DNA of 63,981 nt, counting the filler, from Stramenopiles sp. TOSAG23-6 (taxonomy: Eukaryota), in the NCBI GenBank assembly GCA_900128565.1. It is 3 parts of 3 records of this genome, joined end to end, with 100 filler letters (N's around TTAATTAATTAA, not from the genome) between each part and the next. Parts side by side here need not be neighbours in the genome. Positions count along the whole stretch, not along the records: positions 50,964 to 63,981 come from LT636179.1; 2 more parts are not named here. One strand, written 5' to 3'. Numbering within the stretch: position 1 is the first letter of the stretch; each line of letters begins with the position of its first letter. The notes under the pieces were generated by a model. The model worked only from the letters and a program-made list of their open reading frames with translations, did not search any database and was not told the DNA's origin. Of the stretch, positions 57,656 to 63,981 are shown in pieces. A program made the position numbers and the translations under genes.

Positions 57656-58006
57656 GATTGAATAGTCACTATGAATATACTAGTACTGTATTCAACAGTG
57701 ACTCTGGGAGTATATTACACACAAGTAGTAGTAGTTGTATTAATATGTGTTAGTAGGAAGGAGGTAGGTTAGGCCAAGTAAAAAGTGACGTCGACTGACT
57801 CATTTTTCGCGAAATTGAGAAATTGAGAAATTGTAAAGCAAGTTTGTGCCACAAAATAAGAAGGAAAAAAAGTCAAATCGTTCAAATCGTTCAAATCGTA
57901 TCCAAAATTCAATTGGATACGATTCAGAAAAAGGAATCTCGACAAAGAAAAAGATTTACTGATCAAAACACATCTAATTCAAAACAAGAAGAAAACAAAA
58001 CGTACA

Positions 58007-59119
58007 ATGAAATCATACGGTATTATCTGTGCATTTATCGCATGCATGCGCGTCAACGTTGAAGCTTCCTTGACCGATGTCTATAATGAAGTCGTAAACA
58101 GTGTCGTTCATGGAGGAAACGACGAATTTCGTTTATCGGCATTAAGAACAACTTCAGACGNTCCTCCACCACCAAACATGGTACAGCCAGGAGGAATGCC
58201 TCCACAAGCATTTTCAACGCAAAATCCACCAAAACCTGCTGCAGGGCAACAAGAACAAATGCAAGCAGCACCTGTAGCAGCAACAGCAGCACCTACAGCA
58301 GCAACAACAGCAGCACCTGCAGCAGCAACAACAGCAGCACCACCAGCAGCGAAAGCAGCACCAGCAGCAACAACAGCAGCACCAGCAGCACCGAAAGCAG
58401 CAACAGCAGCAACAGCACCAGCACCAGCAACAGCAGCACCGGACACAGCAGCACCAGCAGCACAACCAGCAGTAGGAGCAGCACAACCAGCAGCACCAGC
58501 AGTACCAGCAGCAGCAGCAAGATTCATGGGTATAACACAATCAGACGCAGCAGTACCAGCACCAGCACCAGGACCAGTACCAGCAGCAGGAACACCACCA
58601 GCAGCAGGAACACCACCAGCAACAGGAACACCACCAGCACAACCACCAGCAGCAGCACAACCACCAGCAGCAGCAGGACAACCACCAGCAACAGCAACAA
58701 CACCAGCACCAGCACCAGCAACAAACTATGTAACAGCAGCACCAGCAGCAGCAGGAGGAGACACACCACCACCACCAACAGAATCACGTTTCATGGATAT
58801 GATGCACTCAGCATCTCCACCAAAACAAGACAATTCCCCGCCTGTAAAGCAAAAACCTGATACATCACTTCAACCTCAACCGGCTTCACCTCAACAAAAC
58901 AACCCTCCACTTCAACAAAACAACCCTCCACCTCAACAAAACAGTGCATCGTCGCCTACAAACAATGTCGAAGCGGCACCAAATCAATCTGGCAACCATA
59001 ACTTTCGTGGAACTCCAGATTATCTGAAAGCGATTGAGGAAGCAAAACAAAATGGAATGGAGTTCAACACCCAAAATCAGTTTGATTATTGGTATCAAAA
59101 CAGGTCAGAGCAAAAATAA
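58007..59119 (+). CDS. Predicted secreted Pro/Ala/Thr-rich mucin-like protein
   Basis: Signal peptide followed by a long GCA/CCA/ACA codon tract. Confidence 0.8.
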   Translation: MKSYGIICAFIACMRVNVEASLTDVYNEVVNSVVHGGNDEFRLSALRTTSDXPPPPNMVQPGGMPPQAFSTQNPPKPAAGQQEQMQAAPVAATAAPTAATTAAPAAATTAAPPAAKAAPAATTAAPAAPKAATAATAPAPATAAPDTAAPAAQPAVGAAQPAAPAVPAAAARFMGITQSDAAVPAPAPGPVPAAGTPPAAGTPPATGTPPAQPPAAAQPPAAAGQPPATATTPAPAPATNYVTAAPAAAGGDTPPPPTESRFMDMMHSASPPKQDNSPPVKQKPDTSLQPQPASPQQNNPPLQQNNPPPQQNSASSPTNNVEAAPNQSGNHNFRGTPDYLKAIEEAKQNGMEFNTQNQFDYWYQNRSEQK

Positions 59120-59559
59120 AAGGATGGAAGATGAAGTGTTGATGTAAAAGGAAGTCTGAATATTTTATTTCTAAAAAATAAAAATGATATTGNATTGTGA
59201 ATAGTATTGAAATAGTATGAATAATTTAAAAAAAAATACCAAATTTGAAAGAGTCACGTTATCATTCTAATTTTAAACCTTTTTGATTTGTCTGAATCCA
59301 AAAAAAAGAATTGCTTTGTGTGTATATACCTAATTAATTTATTGATAAGTAAATTTTCTATGAGATTGTAGATTTTGTACGAAAAGGTAATGTAGAAAAT
59401 TACCGGGTATCATTGAATCCGTTAAAATTAAATTTTTGCGTTACCAACGGGAAGGTATATACAGTATATATANTTCAAGTTACAACAACAGAATACATTC
59501 AATATTTCATTCATAATTGTAGTATAACGGCATATATATTTATTTACGGAGGTGATAAT

Positions 59560-60063
59560 ATGAAGTCATTTAGTATTATAAGCATATTAATGGCATATTT
59601 GAGTGTTCAAAGTGAGGCTTCTTTTACGAACGTGTATGATTTACTTTTGAAAAGCTTCATGAACCAATCGTATGACTCTGTACCACTACAAACAAAATAT
59701 TCAAACTCTTTAAGACCTGGGCAAGCTATTTTACAAAGCGTTACTCGTGATCCATCAAATAAAGATGCATTTCGTTTATTATCACAACGATCTAAACAGC
59801 CCACACAAAAGGAAGATAAATTACAATCTGACATTTCAGACAAAGAAAAATTCCAACGAAAAGCGCTACAGTTGGAGTTGGAGGAGGAAAAAGCAGCAAA
59901 ACAATTAAAAACCGATTCAGCAAACAATGGATTGAATTTAGCTCAAGAGACCAACAAGTATCTTGTAATGCGTGGACAACTGAAAGCTGCTGAAGCAAAT
60001 GCAACTGCTTCAAGTAACACTGTTGCTGCTTTACAAAATAACATGAGTGAACACGAAAAATGA
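59560..60063 (+). CDS. Predicted secreted protein, N-terminal paralog of 58007
   Basis: ATG at 59560; MKSF...EASFTNVY versus MKSY...EASLTDVY. Confidence 0.7.
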   Translation: MKSFSIISILMAYLSVQSEASFTNVYDLLLKSFMNQSYDSVPLQTKYSNSLRPGQAILQSVTRDPSNKDAFRLLSQRSKQPTQKEDKLQSDISDKEKFQRKALQLELEEEKAAKQLKTDSANNGLNLAQETNKYLVMRGQLKAAEANATASSNTVAALQNNMSEHEK

Positions 60064-60302
60064 AGTGCACCTGCTGCAATTAATTAACCAACCAAAACAG
60101 ATTTGTTTTGAACACACGTTCACGAAATACACAATTTATTGGATCTAATAAACAAATATGTTGATCATCTCACAATTTATTGTTTTATTGTTTTATTATT
60201 ATTGAAATACATTAATACATACAACGTGATTAATGAATGAATACACGGAGTTGGTTATATGTGACTTTCTCTCAATGTCAAGTACATTATTTTCGCATAT
60301 AA

Positions 60303-62236
60303 TTAATCGGATACAATTTCCCAATCGTTGGCTTCTACTTTACAATTTATCGGACGCCGAGGTGTGATTTCACCGAATGCATCAAATGACGTTTCTTTTC
60401 CTTGTTTTGTATTGTGTGTAGTAGTAGTAGACGTATTCACTTGTATTTGTGTCAAATCTTGTAATTGTTTAAATTGTTGAATATTATTCTGAGTCTTATT
60501 TTGAACATTATTTTTATCATTATTCTGAAGATTTNTACGAATTTCATTNGTATTTTTTGATTCAATTGTACTAAAATCAATAGCAACACCATCAATAATC
60601 TCATCTGTTAATGTTGATATATTTGACATATTTGTATGTCCACTGGCACCTAATTCAACACTATTGCTTGTATTAGGGTGAGGGTGAAGGTTTGGGTTAC
60701 GTCGAGTTGTTTCAACTGGTAATGGAAAAGGGACTAAAAATGGATGGGAGAGTAATTCTTTCGCTGTTGGTCTATCTCCAGGATTTCTTTGAAAACATTT
60801 CTGAAGGAACTGTATTGGTAAAAAAATATATCATGAAATATTGTTTTGTTAGGTATACAATTTTCATACTNAANTTTTTTTTTNAAAAATNTTGAATAGG
60901 ACATTTCAAACAATAAAGGTTAGGGTTAGAGTTAGGTACATCTTTGGCATCTATACTTAAATGATTCGGTAGAGGAGGACATGTATTTTGGAAAAATATT
61001 TCAAAAAAAAAAAATGTTAGGTACAAAATTTCGTACGAAAAAATAATTCGAATTTGAAAAAAAATTAATCATACATGTTTCTCCTTGTGATGTGAATGTC
61101 TTTTTTTATAGTACCAGTTTTGTGGCACTTCTTTTCCATGTTTTTTTTCGTTTGAATTGTAATAGTCTCCATCATGTATTTTGGAAAAATATTTAAAAAA
61201 AAAAACTTTAAATTTGTTAGGTACAAAATTTTTATAAAAAAATAAATTCGATTTTTTTTTTTTTTTTTTTTTAATAAAACATACATAGATTTCTTTCTCA
61301 GACCACATATTTTCAACCCAGCCCTGAAATCCCAAAGGTTTGGGGTGATAATATCGTCCCCTGCAAGTCTGTGGTTCATTCCAAGCCATACTAGCAATGT
61401 ATTGTGAAAAAATATTTAGTATTGTTGTAAAAAAAATCGTAAGGTACATATTTTTCTATAAAAAAAATTCAAATGTAAAAGTTAGGTACAAAATTTTCTA
61501 TAAAAAAAATTCAAATTTAAAAGTTGAAAACGTACATACAATCTGTCCCACCATTTCCATCAGGAGACGTACATTTCTTAGAATTACAATATTCATAATT
61601 CTTTCCCCTTTTATCCTTATCTTTCTTGCAACATGTGTATGCTGAATGTTTCATTAAGTCCGGCAGAGGTCTTACTGTAAATCCGTTTTCACAAGTCTTA
61701 GGCTCATTCCAGTTGGGATGGGCACAACAGTCAGTTCCACCCTTTCCGTCTGGGCTTGTACAGGCATCAAAAGTACATTTTGGCCCCTTACAACATGTAT
61801 AAAAGCAGCCGCGTAGCTCTTCATTGTATGTGCACTTCTTCTTTTGTTTCTCTTTTGCTGGTCTTGTCTTCACTTTGTAGCCTGATTTACACGTCTTTGC
61901 TTCTCCCCAACCCACTGACGCAATACAATCTGTCCCTCCCCTTCCATTTGGAGACGTACATGCTGATTCTGTACAATGTCGACCATCCNGTTTACAACAA
62001 GTATAAAAAATACTTGGTAATATCTCTACATCATATCCCTTTTTACAAGTTCTGGCTTCACCCCATTCTTTCGGCTTTGCACAGCAATCAGTACCAAAAA
62101 GACCATCAGTACTTGTGCAAGCTGAATTATCCCTTACTCCGTTTTTCTTACATGTATACCAACAGCCATCCGATGATATTATGTCCGCGGATACCACTGA
62201 AATTATAGAAATGAATAATGATACTTTGTTATTCAT
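60303..62236 (-). CDS. Secreted Cys-rich repeat protein, at least four introns
   Basis: Signal peptide; four YTCC...CTSPDGxGGTDC(C/I)A..W.E.KTC units. Introns at 61397-61535, 61174-61284, 60981-61074 and approx. 60810-60890; the 3' part has n bases and a probable homopolymer error. Confidence 0.72.
60981..61074 (-). mobile_element. Introner-type GT-AT intron
   Basis: CAT|GTATG...CCAAAATACAT|GT. Confidence 0.8.
61174..61284 (-). mobile_element. Introner-type GT-AT intron
   Basis: TAT|GTATG...CCAAAATACAT|GAT. Confidence 0.8.
61397..61535 (-). mobile_element. Introner-type GT-AT intron, duplicated core
   Basis: GATTGTAT|GTACG...CACAATACAT|TGCT; an intron-free paralogous repeat lies at about 61915-61940. 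Confidence 0.88.
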
Positions 62237-62561
62237 TTTCTTTGAAACAAATTCTTACCGGTTGTAGTTTACAAATAGAACAAATAGAACACCGACCTGT
62301 GTTTTGATTTGACAGAAAAAAAAATTCTTAGGAGATTTTTGGATTTGGATGAGATTTCGTGTTTCGAACTTTGTTCAAAGTCTTTGAAATTGAAATAGTG
62401 TTTTTCATTTCGACATCATCATCATCATCATGAATTGATCATCATCATTGTGAAAACTCTTGTGTGTTTTTATTTATTAAAAATTGTTGGAAATTCTCTA
62501 GATTCTTCATCACAATTACTCCTAAGCAAAGCAGAGTTTACATTCATTAATTTGAGCCATT

Positions 62562-63895
62562 ATGTTTCCGATTCGAAATGCTGCTTTGAATTTGCAAAGT
62601 GCTACTGCAAATAGATTGTATTGCACCTCTCGGTACTTTTCTTCTGCAGCCTCGAAGCGAGACAAAAAAAAGTTATTCTCAAAGATTCTGATTGCCAACA
62701 GGGGCGAAATTAGTTGTCGTGTCATTGAAACGGCGCGCAAGTTAGGTATCAAAACTGTCGCAATTTATTCTGAACCAGACGCAGATGCAAAACACGTGCT
62801 GATGGCGGATGAGAGTTCTTGTGTTGGTCCTGCTGCATCATCTGAAAGTTATTTAAACATCAATCGTATTATGGAAGTTATCAAAGAAACAGGGGCCGAT
62901 GCGGTCCACCCTGGTTATGGTTTTCTTTCTGAAAATGCTGAATTTGCTAAAGCCCTTGCTAAAGCTGGTGTTGAGTTTATCGGACCAAATGTACGTTTTA
63001 TTTTTTTTTTAAACAAAAAATCGATTTTTTTTTCGTACGAAATTTTGTACCTAAGAAATTTAAGTTTTTTTTTTTGAATATTTTTCCAAAATACATGCCC
63101 ACGGTATACTCTCCATGGGTGACAAAATTGAGAGTATGAGGATTGCCGAAAAAGCAGGTGTAAGTTGTGCTCCACGTTTCGATGGAGAATGTCCTACTGT
63201 TGAGCGTGCGATTGAAATAACAAAAGAGATTGGTGAAAAACTTGGGAATGATGGATGTATTTTGGAATGAATTTCTAATTTAAGTTTTTTTTTCGTACGA
63301 AATTTCGTACCTAACAATTTTTTTTAGATTTTTTTTGAAATATTTTTTCACAACACATATCCCATTATAATGAAAGCTAGTGCTGGAGGAGGTGGTAAAG
63401 GCATGCGAGTCGCTTGGAATGAAAGTGAGCTTGTTGAAGGGTTTCATCTTGCACGTGAAGAAGCTGCTTCATCATTTGGAGATGACCGCATGCTGATACA
63501 ACATTTTGTATGCCCAACGGATGGTAGACATATTGAAATTCAATTAATTGGTGATAAACATGGAAATTATGCTGCTTTTCCAGAACGGGAGTGTTCTCTT
63601 CAAAGACGCAATCAAAAAGTATTGGAAGAATGTATGTTTTTTTTTTTTTTCAATTTCGAATTTATATTTCGTACGAAATTTTGTACCTAACAAAATTTTT
63701 TGAAAAATATTTTTTCACAATACATCTCCGTCTGTTTTGCTTACAAAAGAAACACGAAAAAAAATGCAAGCACAAGCTGTTCAACTTGCAAAATCGGTGG
63801 GTTACTTTTCTGCTGGTACAGTAGAATTTTTATGTGATTATGACCAAAACTTTTACTTCCTTGAAATGAATACTCGATTGCAAGTGGAACACCCG
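62562..63895 (+). CDS. Biotin carboxylase subunit (propionyl-/methylcrotonyl-CoA carboxylase alpha), mitochondrial, 3' partial
   Basis: [48 protein letters not shown] and [13 protein letters not shown]; four introns. Confidence 0.93.
62991..63096 (+). mobile_element. Introner-type GT-AT intron
   Basis: Gives [15 protein letters not shown]; both internal AGs are out of frame. Confidence 0.9.
63257..63358 (+). mobile_element. Introner-type GT-AT intron
   Basis: Gives the conserved G-YPIIMKAS. Confidence 0.9.
63632..63725 (+). mobile_element. Introner-type GT-AT intron
   Basis: Gives the conserved QKVLEE-SPS; the intron contains no AG at all. Confidence 0.92.
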
Positions 63896-63921
63896 GTATG
63901 TTCTTTACTTCAAATTTCACT

Positions 63922-63981
<60 letters not shown>

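Noticed and set aside
58053-59098. Poly-Cys and poly-Leu antisense ORFs
   Set aside because: They are shadow frames of the GCA/CCA/ACA-rich mucin-like gene.
1-63981. Elements as ciliate-like DNA-eliminated sequences
   Set aside because: Strict sense orientation, U2-like donors and a CTAAC motif favour RNA splicing. Not formally excluded.

Overview
Gene-dense, AT-rich eukaryotic (protist, probably stramenopile-like) nuclear DNA. It consists of three contigs joined by artificial N/TTAATTAATTAA/N linkers at 25474-25573 and 50864-50963. About 38 protein-coding genes can be read. The dominant signal is a family of roughly 40 related 90-210 nt insertions that interrupt conserved genes in the sense orientation and must be removed as introns. 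Their consensus is AT|GTAYGTTTT...TTCGTACGAAATTTTGTACCTAAC...AAATATTTTTC(A/C)(C/A)AATAC-AT|. They look like MITE-type Introner elements, with short terminal inverted repeats and an AT target duplication. Most have no usable 3' AG: reading frames are restored only by GT-AT splicing, and a few copies need GC-TT, GT-TT, GT-GT, AT-AT or AT-AA. Two intron-free 'empty site' copies inside the window confirm the insertion structure. Other highlights are a DsbA/FrnE selenoprotein (UxxC) with a type II SECIS, a CHAT protease + P-loop NTPase gene head-to-head with a UvrD/TRANK1-like helicase, a virus-like ankyrin gene bracketed by a 44-bp direct repeat, a TrmO gene split into two opposite-strand halves, a mitochondrial Ffh-M-domain-only protein, and frequent interstitial TTAGGG telomere dimers. 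All calls were read by eye; no database searches were run.
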